A stretch of 64,000 nucleotides of DNA from a virus (Duplodnaviria; Heunggongvirae; Uroviricota; Caudoviricetes). The stretch's first letter is position 1; every line of letters starts with the position of its first letter. Of this stretch, positions 38,278 to 46,537 are shown in pieces. Location of the stretch: the IMG/VR virus record IMGVR_UViG_2907227753_000005; one strand, given 5' to 3'. The notes under the pieces were generated by a model. It ran no database searches and had not been told where the DNA came from. It saw nothing but the letters and a program-made list of their open reading frames with translations. Made by a program: the position numbers and the translations under genes.

Positions 38278-38352
38278 TGGTAGCGTGTACGGGAATCGAA
38301 CCCGTGATCTCCGATAGAAAGTCGGATGTCTTAGCCGCTTGACCAACACGCC
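38278..38352 (-). tRNA. tRNA-Glu (UUC)
   Basis: Acceptor GGCGUGU/ACACGCU. Anticodon arm UCCGA-CUUUCUA-UCGGA. T-arm ACGGG-UUCGAUU-CCCGU. ACCA end. Confidence 0.6.
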
Positions 38353-38353
38353 A

Positions 38354-38437
38354 TGGTGGATGAGGTAGGAGTCGAACCTACACAGCAGTTAAGCCACGGG
38401 TTTACAGCCCGCTATTCTCGCCAGTGATTGGTGCCCA
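38354..38437 (-). tRNA. tRNA-Tyr (GUA), class II with a long variable arm
   Basis: Acceptor GGAUGGG/CUCAUCC. Anticodon arm GCGGG-CUGUAAA-CCCGU. T-arm GUAGG-UUCGACU-CCUAC. ACCA end. About 84 nt. The D-arm is atypical. Confidence 0.45.
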
Positions 38438-38566
38438 TCCAAGTGGTTGTTCCTCTATGAAACATAGATTAGTGCAGTTAACTTAGGAAATAACACTCCA
38501 ACACGAAAAACCTGAGAAAAACTTCCTCAAGTTGAGTTTCTTCTATATAAGGGAGCAAAAAATTAA

Positions 38567-38607
38567 GCTCTTACTTCCTCTATACGAAATGACTTACAAG
38601 ATGTTAA
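38567..38607 (-). promoter_or_regulatory. Promoter of the tRNA operon: TTAACA-N17-TATAGAGGAAGTAAG, minus orientation, same family as the 30.0, 33.8 and 58.4 kb elements
   Basis: The reverse complement of 38567-38607 gives TTAACA, a 17-nt spacer, TATAGA and GAGGAAGT. It points leftward into tRNA-Tyr, Glu, Cys and onward. Confidence 0.5.
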
Positions 38608-38640
38608 ACTGGAAGAATACAACAAAAGGGGGAACATACT

Positions 38641-38849
38641 TGATCTATGTCGTAGCCGTAATTGCATTCTTAATCCTGGGAGCGTTGACTCGTGGTGCTC
38701 CTGTCTTGGGACTCTTTCTTATATTAGGGGGATTCGTACTTGCCTTCTTCTTAGGAGTTACTACAGAGCAGATCGAGACATTTTCACCTGTGATCGGAGG
38801 AGCAGTCCTCGGGTTCCTATTGGGACTCATAAGCAGGTTCATAGATTAA
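38641..38849 (+). CDS. Small two-TM membrane protein, about 69 aa from the TTG start (ORF track 38532..38849)
   Basis: AAAGGGGGAAC RBS then TTG. Two hydrophobic helices with GxxxG-like packing. The upstream part of the tracked ORF overlaps the tRNA promoter. Confidence 0.35.
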
Positions 38850-38963
38850 AATTTCCCACCTCACCTATAGGTGGGATTTTACATTTCTTGGCGTTTACGA
38901 GAGTCCAAGCGTATGCTAATATATGGGAACTGCCACCATTAAACAAAAAAGGAAGGTATCATC

Positions 38964-39752
38964 ATGAAGAAAATTGCACTGGTCATCACACTGGCATCAA
39001 CCCTTGTTTTCGGTTCCACTGCCGCGAACGTACAGGCATCGTCATTTAATGACGTAAGCGAGACAAAACACTCTTGGGCTGTTAAAGCCATCGACTTTAT
39101 GAGTGAGCAAGGAGTGATCAAGGGATACTCAGACGGAACGTTCAAACCCGACAATGGAGTGACTAAGGCAGAGTTCGTAAGTATGTTCTCCCGCCTTTTT
39201 GATAAGTACACTACCAACGACTCCACCACCCGCGAGTTCAAAGACGTTCCATCTACTAATTGGGCATATGAACCAGTATCTAAGATAATGTCGAACTATA
39301 CATACTTTACATACAGCAAAGACGGTAGCGGGATGAACTTCCATCCAAACACTAAATTGACTCGCCTGGGTGCCGCGAACTTGTTACCCGCACTATACGA
39401 AGAAATTGACGACGAAAAGGAAGTCTACAACATCCTACGAAGCATGAAAGACATCAAGGTTTATGAGAACGTTAACGGCTATGATCAAGATGGTAGGTTT
39501 GATGAATCAGTAGATCGCACTAACTCACAATTTCCAATCATCTTCAAAAACGGAGCACTAGATGACGACTATTCAGCTATCGTAGGAATAAAGATTGCAA
39601 GCCTTCAAAACGAAGGACTAATGACCGCTTATGAGGGTAATTTCAGCCCTAACAAGACACTCACTAGAGCTGAAGCCGCTACTACCCTATACCGCCTTTA
39701 TACTCAATTAAAGGGTGATGGCGATCTCTCGAATTACTCAAGTATTAAGTAG
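38964..39752 (+). CDS. Secreted protein with a signal peptide and three SLH domains, no catalytic domain (262 aa)
   Basis: MKKIALVITLASTLVFGSTAANVQA signal peptide. SLH1 FNDVSETKHSWAVKAIDFMSEQGVIKGYSDGTFKPDNGVTKAEFVSMFSRL. SLH2 FKDVPSTNWAYEPVSKIM.... SLH3 ...FSPNKTLTRAEAATTLYRLY. Confidence 0.7.
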   Translation: MKKIALVITLASTLVFGSTAANVQASSFNDVSETKHSWAVKAIDFMSEQGVIKGYSDGTFKPDNGVTKAEFVSMFSRLFDKYTTNDSTTREFKDVPSTNWAYEPVSKIMSNYTYFTYSKDGSGMNFHPNTKLTRLGAANLLPALYEEIDDEKEVYNILRSMKDIKVYENVNGYDQDGRFDESVDRTNSQFPIIFKNGALDDDYSAIVGIKIASLQNEGLMTAYEGNFSPNKTLTRAEAATTLYRLYTQLKGDGDLSNYSSIK

Positions 39753-39762
39753 AACGAAAATA

Positions 39763-39796
39763 AGAGCGCGGGGCTTAACTCCCTTCGCTCTTTTTC
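39763..39796 (+). terminator. Rho-independent terminator after the SLH gene
   Basis: gagcgcgggg...ccttcgctc hairpin followed by TTTTT. Confidence 0.55.
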
Positions 39797-40652
39797 TATT
39801 ATATAAGACACACCGCACCAACCTTACGAGAAAAATTTCCCCGCGCCCGTAGGAGTCCCATTAACTCGCGGAGCGAAAAATGTATTACCCCTAGATTTAC
39901 CCCGATTATGCAGGAAAAACCATACCTCCTTGACTTAGACAACAGCCGCCCCACTCCCATGCCCAATGCCCTTTACCCGCGCCCAACACCCATGCCCCCT
40001 TACCCTTTGCCCAAGACACGAGACCCCGCCGCCCGTGCCCCGAGACATTGCCCCAAGACCCTAACTCTCGCGCATCAAGGTTCACCAAAAATTTCCCGTA
40101 GGAGTCATGACGCTCCTGCGCCGTGTGAAGGATGATAGAAAAACCCGCGACACTGGGGGGGTTAATCTCTTGACCCTTGTTTGTTTTTATTTTTTATAAA
40201 AAAACATTGCTCAAAGGGGTTGCAATCCAATCCTATTGCGTTCTTAGATATGGTCATCGAGTTGGTCGCCGCCACCGACTCGATAGGGAAACATCCCGAA
40301 TGTACGACAGGCGGCAAAGACGCGAAATGCGCCTAGATCATTGACAAACACATACACGAAACATGCACGGCTTGTGCATGGGACGAAGCTTCTCTTGTGA
40401 AGGGTGAAGTCTGCCCACATGAAGGATTGTACTATGGCAACAGCCTACGCTTTACGGTTCATGCCCAACATGTAACGAGATGTCACGAATTGCCCACGTT
40501 ACGGGACGGTGTAGTACAAGGTGCGGTATCCGTAAGTTAATCGGAGGTTCAGATGCCTTGCTATGCTAGAGGTCTGTTCACTCATGGGCTAATCAGGGCT
40601 ACCAAAGGTAGTCACTATTAGTGCCCATCAAGGGCAAAGGAGACTAAAAACC

Positions 40653-41069
40653 ATGATGAACAAAGCCATTACTATGCCTAAATTTGAGAAAGAAGCAAAG
40701 AAACGCGCTGATTCCAAGAAGGTACCCGAGAACATTAAGATGAGCGTAAACGATAAGAACAAGCTTGTAATAGAAATCGACTTGAATGTAATCGACAAAG
40801 AACCGCTTGTACTTGGGGAGAAGTCTGCCCGTGTAGCGTCCACTCTTGGCGGTATTCGCTTGAAAAAGGACGGTTTTCAGAACGTTGTACTTAACCTGAA
40901 CGCCTATATACCAGTGGATGAGTATGTATCCCCTGTACAGGCACCTGCCGCACCTGCGACACCTGCTATCAAGGCACCTACAGGACAGCAGATTGATATG
41001 GATACCTGGGAACAGTTTCAGCAATTCCTCAAGTTTCAAGAGATGATGGTACAAGCCGCTAAAGCTTAA
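40653..41069 (+). CDS. Hypothetical protein (138 aa), paralog of the repeat domain of the 43596..44053 product
   Basis: Shares the L.IEIDL....G.S...A.T.GG....F..V.LNLN.Y.P pattern. Confidence 0.55.
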   Translation: MMNKAITMPKFEKEAKKRADSKKVPENIKMSVNDKNKLVIEIDLNVIDKEPLVLGEKSARVASTLGGIRLKKDGFQNVVLNLNAYIPVDEYVSPVQAPAAPATPAIKAPTGQQIDMDTWEQFQQFLKFQEMMVQAAKA

Positions 41070-41217
41070 GACAAGGATACCCGAGCTATGCTTGGGTAGT
41101 CCTGACTAGCCCATGAGCGAACAGACCAAGAGCCGATTGCACATAATCCGTATTATGTGATGTGATGGGCAGACCCGAGTGCCCAAGGCACTACTTTGTC
41201 CAAAAACAGGTGATTAT

Positions 41218-41407
41218 TATGTTATTCGCAAGATTCGTGCTAGTGTGTGACCGCATAGAACGTACAAGAGAGAAGATGCAGGTATACCGTGACAAGGGGT
41301 TTGAGAACCTTACAGTCGATGAACTACTAGAGTATGAGCATCTAATGGATGTAATGGACGGTCTTGATTCACAACTAGCAACACATATAAGAGAGACATA
41401 CGCTTGA
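41218..41407 (+). CDS. Small hypothetical protein (63 aa from MLFARF; the ORF track starts at 41162 inside the regulatory hairpin)
   Basis: RBS caggtga then ATG at 41218, downstream of the cccgagtgcccaaggcact hairpin element. Confidence 0.4.
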
Positions 41408-41892
41408 TCCGTAACCTAGCCCTTAGTCTTGGGTGCTAGGGTATGCCCATCACAACGCACCACGCACCACTTCCGAGCATGACGAGAGATAGCGAAGCCT
41501 AGCACTACACGTAATCTAAGGGTACTCCTAAGGACTACGAGAGTGTATCTAGTAGGCTCATGTAGAGCGGGTATGAGTGTATACCAAGGCATTGTTCAAT
41601 GTGTCCGAGGGATATACTCTCTAGTCTTCCTCTCTCTATAGTCATGCTCTCTTATATGGTGGGAGTCTTATATAGGATTGTAGACAGCCAACAGGTTGCT
41701 CTGCCCCGCCCCACCTGGGGTAGGTGTGCCCTAGCCATCCAACAGGATACCGAAGGCTTATATGGACTACCTTTACCTAGCGAAGTCACATAATACGGTC
41801 ACCTATATTCTCATGCTTTCCCTAGCTGTGGTGGAGGTATCCTGAGGTACCCACTCCCTACCCTTTCGGTATACCCGAGTGCCCAAGAAGGA

Positions 41893-41975
41893 TACCCATA
41901 CCCATGGCTAGGTATGCTCAGTCACTTAACTCTTATATATCTGTGTCGTATAGCTAAATTGAGTGACTGACCATG
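41893..41975. repeat. Long imperfect inverted repeat with about 23-bp arms (gctaggtatgctcagtcactt ... aattgagtgactgaccatgcctagc) around an AT-rich 30-bp centre
   Basis: Reverse-complementing the right arm gives gctaggcatggtcagtcactcaa, against the left arm gctaggtatgctcagtcacttaa. Confidence 0.55.
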
Positions 41976-42317
41976 CCTAGCCCACCCCGCCCACACCCCG
42001 ATTTGGGGTACGTTGGTGCAGTATAGAGCGTCCTATCGAGTGCTGATAGCACCTAAGCGGAACAGCTCTGTATCACGGGTTCTAGCTTGGCATAGATGTG
42101 TCAAATTCAAGGAGGAATACCCATGCGTAACAAGATGATGGTTGCATACGTTGGCAAGGTCGGTGGACTCAAGGAATACCTCAAAAAGCTCATAGCAGAA
42201 TACGAGAAAGTAGGTGCCTAAACATGACAAGATCACAGGCTGTAGTAGCCGCAAGCAAGCTTAAACGTAGATGGGCACTAAGAGATATGTATATATACGG
42301 TCAGCTCACTATCAAGT

Positions 42318-42368
42318 AATAGCTTGGACACTGCTCCCCGCCCATCTCCCCGAGGTGGTCGGCATGGA
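42318..42368 (+). promoter_or_regulatory. Conserved composite intergenic element (gacactgctccccgcccatc / variable GC hairpin / ggtcggcatggagtgcctaagagcact), copy 1
   Basis: Near-identical copies occur at 43491-43556 and 45460-45525. Diverged copies occur at 42811-42870, 51686-51745, 53133-53200 and, in minus orientation, 37131-37176. Hairpin-only variants (agtgc-N6-gcact or agcac-N6-gtgct) occur at 41175, 44093, 48907 and 42040. Each copy lies 40-80 nt upstream of a plus-strand start codon. Confidence 0.6.
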
Positions 42369-42411
42369 GTGCCTAAGAGCACTACTACATACCAACTAGG
42401 AGGATTCACAA

Positions 42412-42801
42412 ATGAAAGACGTACAAGTGCAAGTAAAGGTTATCGAGGGTATCGAGGTAAGAGCGCATGAGAAAGGCGAGTTCATGATTGGTGCCTTGAT
42501 TACGAATAACGGTAAAGAAGTCGGAGCAAGCGGTATCGTAGCTGGTGTACCTGAGGACATCACAAACTTCTATGCGGCTATTGAAGCTATGGCAGGATCG
42601 GTAACGAAAACACTGCTTGATGCTGAAGTACCACCACAGGTCATCGAAGGCATGATGATCGAAGCGATTCGGGACGGTATCAAAGAAGGAGTGACCCGTC
42701 ACGTAGCTGAAGAAATGCCGCATGTACATGCCATGGCTGAACGGGCTATGCAAGGTGACATCGGTGCCTTGCTTGGTATGCTCTCCAAAGTATTGGCTTA
42801 G
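42412..42801 (+). CDS. Hypothetical early protein (129 aa)
   Basis: Strong RBS AGGAGG and a conserved upstream element. Confidence 0.55.
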   Translation: MKDVQVQVKVIEGIEVRAHEKGEFMIGALITNNGKEVGASGIVAGVPEDITNFYAAIEAMAGSVTKTLLDAEVPPQVIEGMMIEAIRDGIKEGVTRHVAEEMPHVHAMAERAMQGDIGALLGMLSKVLA

Positions 42802-42874
42802 AAACTGCTAAGGCACCAAACCTTCGGGTTGGGTGTTCTGATGGAGTGCCTAAGAGCACTATCTAAACTAGGAG

Positions 42875-43258
42875 TTGGTTATCATCGAACACGAAGTGAT
42901 TCTATCCAAAATCAGATCCAAACGTGAGAACAGTCAGACCACCATGGCAGACATTAAGCGCATTGTTGCGGCTTATGAGTCAGGTGACTGGTCGGAAGTA
43001 ATTGACAGCAAGCTTTACAGAGAGCATAGCGGTGAATATTGTGAACTGCTTGAGTACATTAACATGCCTGAATGGTTGGTGGGTGTTGTAATGCCTACCT
43101 TTGTTGACCAACGGTACATACGAGATCGGGATTTGGAGATCGCCGCCCCCACCGCCGAGGATGCCAAGAGAAAGTGGTTCGAGCATATGAAAAACTGGAT
43201 ACGTGAAGACGAGAAACATCTCGTTAAGGTAGTTCGGAAGGGAGAGGAACTGAAATGA
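42875..43258 (+). CDS. Hypothetical early protein (127 aa, TTG start)
   Basis: RBS ctaggag then TTG, with a conserved upstream element. Confidence 0.5.
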   Translation: MVIIEHEVILSKIRSKRENSQTTMADIKRIVAAYESGDWSEVIDSKLYREHSGEYCELLEYINMPEWLVGVVMPTFVDQRYIRDRDLEIAAPTAEDAKRKWFEHMKNWIREDEKHLVKVVRKGEELK

Positions 43259-43497
43259 ACGACCTTCTCTCCCTTTTGATTGCTGAAGGGTTGAAGGCAA
43301 CCATCAACCATACCTTCGGTAACCTGATCGAGGTTGACCTTGAGGATGAGGTTATCCAAGTATGGCAGACCAACGCTCCACATGAGAAGCCTAAATATGA
43401 AATCACCGACACGAGGGACACAATCAAGATGGTGTGCCGCTCTGTTGATTCAGTACTGACCCATATGGTTCTATGGCTCGAAGCGGTTGTTAGTTAG
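43255..43497 (+). CDS. Hypothetical protein (80 aa)
   Basis: Coupled ATGA overlap with the previous gene. Confidence 0.45.
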   Translation: MNDLLSLLIAEGLKATINHTFGNLIEVDLEDEVIQVWQTNAPHEKPKYEITDTRDTIKMVCRSVDSVLTHMVLWLEAVVS

Positions 43498-43556
43498 ACA
43501 CTGCTCCCCGCCCATCGCTTTGGCGGTGGTCGGCATGGAGTGCCTAAGAGCACCCA
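43491..43556 (+). promoter_or_regulatory. Conserved composite intergenic element, copy 2
   Basis: gacactgctccccgcccatc-gctttggcggtg-gtcggcatggagtgcctaagagcac, upstream of 43596. Confidence 0.6.
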
Positions 43557-43595
43557 AAATAATAGCCCCTAGAGGGCAAGAGGAGAATATAAACA

Positions 43596-44053
43596 TGGAA
43601 AACGTAAACGTGAAATCGGTAGCAAACAACAAGGCGGTACTGGAAGTTGACCTGACTCAAGACCTGGGTGCAAGTGGTAGCGGTAAGAACCTGCTGATCG
43701 CCAAGACTGGTAGCAACATGCCAATCGCATCAGGTGTGAAGATCAACCTGAACGTATATAGAGCACTCCCTAAAGAGAATGAACCTGAAATCGACTTCAA
43801 GGGTGCCAAGGCTGAGATCGGATTCGCAGGTGGTGTTGCTAAGGTAGCAGGTAGCAAGCTTACCATCGAAGTTGACCTCACCTCTGACCTTGGTGAATCG
43901 GGTAGCGGCAAGAACATCCTGATCGCTAAAACAGGAAGCAACCTGCCACTGTTCAAGACGATAAAGATGAACCTGAACGTGTACAAACCAGTACCTAAGA
44001 CACCTACTAAGGTACCTGTAACTGGGGAGCCTGAGCAATTGACATTGGTCTAA
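43596..44053 (+). CDS. Hypothetical protein with two tandem copies of a roughly 60-aa repeat (start at MENVNVKS; the ORF track starts at 43487)
   Basis: Repeats ...VDLTQDLGASGSGKNLLIAKTGSNMP...NLNVY and ...VDLTSDLGESGSGKNILIAKTGSNLP...NLNVY. RBS gaggag upstream of the ATG at 43596. Confidence 0.55.
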
Positions 44054-44138
44054 TAGATGCTGATCGGGTACCTCAACCATGGTTGGGGTATCCCATTGAG
44101 CACCTATGAGTGCTACTAATTCTTTGAGGTGACAGCAC

Positions 44139-45002
44139 ATGACAACGTACAAACGTGCATCAAACGACAAGGCTACTCTGAAGATTGAACACGACAATCA
44201 CCCTTCTGACCCACGCCAAGAGATGGATGGTTGGGTAGGCGAGATGATTTGTTGGCACAACCGATACAACCTAGGTGATACACATGACTACTCGGAGCCG
44301 CGTGACTTCCTTGAGCACCTTGCCAAGGACTACTACAAGGGTGACGAGGACATGGATGACCTGACGATGGCTGAGCTGATGGGTATCATCGCTCCTCATG
44401 TTATCATCCTCCCCCTCTACTTGTACGATCACGGTGGTATCACAATGAGGACTAAATCATTTGGGGATCGTTGGGATAGTGGTCAGGTCGGTTGGATATA
44501 CGCTACCAAAGACAAGTTCCGTGAGGAGACTGGTTACAACGAAGATGAGCTGTTCAGCACTGATACCAAACGAGCTGTAAAGGTAGGCGACCAAGTGAAG
44601 GTCAAGGGTTACGAGAATGATGGTCTTGACGGTTGGGTGGAGGTAGTTTCCTTCTCCCGAGGTATGGTTCAGGTAGACCGCGACCACCACATGATCGAAG
44701 GGTTCAAGCGTCCTGACAGTTGGGTGATCGTGAATGAGAAAAGCATCACTGAGGTCATGAGCAACAAGGCGGTGCAGATGCTTGAAGCTGAGGTTGAGAT
44801 GTACGACCAGTACCTAACTGGGAGTGTGTATGGGTTCATCCTTGAAATCAAAAATCCGTGCCACTGTGGTAACCCTGAGTGTACTCGACATGAGGTTGAG
44901 GTAGATAGCTGTTGGGGTTTCTACGGGGACGACTTTATCAAGAATGGTATAGCTGAGCACATCGCCCCTGAGTATAGAGAATTACTAGAAGCATTGAGCT
45001 GA
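44139..45002 (+). CDS. Hypothetical early protein (287 aa)
   Basis: Clean ORF with RBS gaggtg and an upstream hairpin element. Confidence 0.55.
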   Translation: MTTYKRASNDKATLKIEHDNHPSDPRQEMDGWVGEMICWHNRYNLGDTHDYSEPRDFLEHLAKDYYKGDEDMDDLTMAELMGIIAPHVIILPLYLYDHGGITMRTKSFGDRWDSGQVGWIYATKDKFREETGYNEDELFSTDTKRAVKVGDQVKVKGYENDGLDGWVEVVSFSRGMVQVDRDHHMIEGFKRPDSWVIVNEKSITEVMSNKAVQMLEAEVEMYDQYLTGSVYGFILEIKNPCHCGNPECTRHEVEVDSCWGFYGDDFIKNGIAEHIAPEYRELLEALS

Positions 45003-45076
45003 GACAGAGCCTAGGTAAGCCAAGTTGAGACGAGCTGAGGAGACTAGATAAACAGATGAGCTGAGGAGAGATAGAG

Positions 45077-45274
45077 ATGAGAAAGTTAGGGATGCGAGTG
45101 AGATTTAACCTGGGTGAGCGTGTACGTATAGAACTGGGTGACCACACAGGCATGACTGGTGAGGTCGCCACCGCCCCCGAGGGTACTACATACAACTGGA
45201 AGAAGGAAGTATTCGTTCAGTTGGATGACGGTGACATCATACGAAAATACAAAAACGAGGTGTGCAAACTATGA
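45077..45274 (+). CDS. Small hypothetical protein (65 aa)
   Basis: RBS gaggag. Confidence 0.4.
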   Translation: MRKLGMRVRFNLGERVRIELGDHTGMTGEVATAPEGTTYNWKKEVFVQLDDGDIIRKYKNEVCKL

Positions 45275-45456
45275 ATCTTGAGAACTGTCCCGATTGCAAA
45301 GGAACTGGTGAGTATGTAGCCAAGAACGGTGACTCGTGGACATGTGAGTTTTGCTATGGTGAAAAGTTAGTCCCTGCTGAAGTAGCAGAGGAACAAAAGC
45401 AGAAGTGGCAAGGGTACAAGTCCATGATGGAAGGTTACGTTGACGTAGAGGATTGA
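45262..45456 (+). CDS. Small Zn-ribbon protein (64 aa)
   Basis: CPDC...CEFC motif. Confidence 0.45.
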   Translation: MQTMNLENCPDCKGTGEYVAKNGDSWTCEFCYGEKLVPAEVAEEQKQKWQGYKSMMEGYVDVED

Positions 45457-45459
45457 ACA

Positions 45460-45525
45460 ATAGACACTGCTCCCCACCCATCACCCATGTGGTGGTGGTT
45501 GGTATGGAGTGCCTATGAGTGCCAC
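45460..45525 (+). promoter_or_regulatory. Conserved composite intergenic element, copy 3
   Basis: gacactgctccccacccatc-acccatgtggtggtg-gttggtatggagtgcctatgagtgccact, upstream of 45566. Confidence 0.6.
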
Positions 45526-45565
45526 TGAGCACATGCACTAACCGACAATATGAGGAGTTGTTCAC

Positions 45566-46441
45566 ATGAACACAAAGAAAACAGCTAACTTTGAACCTGC
45601 AATCACCTTGTCGAAAGATACCTTCACCCATGAGGGTGTCCAGTACCATACTGAAAGCCGTAGAGCTAAGCGCGGCGAGATGATCCTCACGACTAAGACC
45701 ATCGGACACTATAAGAAAGGTCAGGTGTACGAAGTATCCGACTACACTGGCAAGGAAGCGTGGTGCAAGAACGATGAAGGATTCCCTATCCCAATCCGTC
45801 ACGCTGAGTATGTGGTGCTTGTGCCTATGGTTGAAGCACAACCCCTCCCCACCACCGTGTACTCCCCTTCCATGCTGAATCAGCTTGAAGCAAGTGGGAC
45901 ACCGATCTTCAACGAGTACCACCATACGGTGCTTGACTTCAGTGAGGTGGATCGTGGGCACACACTGGTCATGAAGCTTCCCGCAGGTGACCACATCACG
46001 GTATGCGGCATGATCATGAGCGATAAGGTCAACGCCATCGTTGACATTGAGTACCACGGTGACAACGGTCAGCAGATGATCGGGTTCACTGGTAATGAGA
46101 CACCTCAGGTACGGGACAGCCGAAGCAAGCACAAGCTATACAGCTTGGACATCCGACCTGACCATAAGGATAAGCCATACGGCGATACCCTGACATTAGC
46201 GTTCCGCAGGGTTGATGAGGTCATCATCGACATCTCCATGAACGTAGGTTCTTGGATGTCTAAGAACACTGACAGCCTACCTGATGGATACGACTCCCGT
46301 GTTCTCAACCGAGCCATCCATGAATGGGCGGTAGAGTTTGAGAAAGAGTTTGGTAGAGAAGCACGGGACGACTACTACGACAGGGTTGACATCTTCTCTG
46401 AGAAGAAGATCAGCCAATGGGCACAGGAATACACCGAATAA
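45566..46441 (+). CDS. Hypothetical early protein (291 aa)
   Basis: RBS gaggag and a conserved upstream element. Confidence 0.55.
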   Translation: MNTKKTANFEPAITLSKDTFTHEGVQYHTESRRAKRGEMILTTKTIGHYKKGQVYEVSDYTGKEAWCKNDEGFPIPIRHAEYVVLVPMVEAQPLPTTVYSPSMLNQLEASGTPIFNEYHHTVLDFSEVDRGHTLVMKLPAGDHITVCGMIMSDKVNAIVDIEYHGDNGQQMIGFTGNETPQVRDSRSKHKLYSLDIRPDHKDKPYGDTLTLAFRRVDEVIIDISMNVGSWMSKNTDSLPDGYDSRVLNRAIHEWAVEFEKEFGREARDDYYDRVDIFSEKKISQWAQEYTE

Positions 46442-46537
46442 TCGGACACCGTTACCATACCTCACCCCGCCGTGGGGTATGGGATAGGGTGCCTGATTGC
46501 CTTTGAGCAACGCACCACTAAATTACGAGGTGATAGC

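Noticed and set aside
39908-40135. 75-aa Pro-rich ORF
   Set aside because: It is a product of the C-rich non-coding stretch (ccc/ccg codons). It has no RBS and low complexity.
43657-44197. Minus-strand ORFs of 109 and 155 aa
   Set aside because: They are antisense to the repeat-protein gene at 43596..44053. The whole 40-64 kb region is consistently plus-strand coding.
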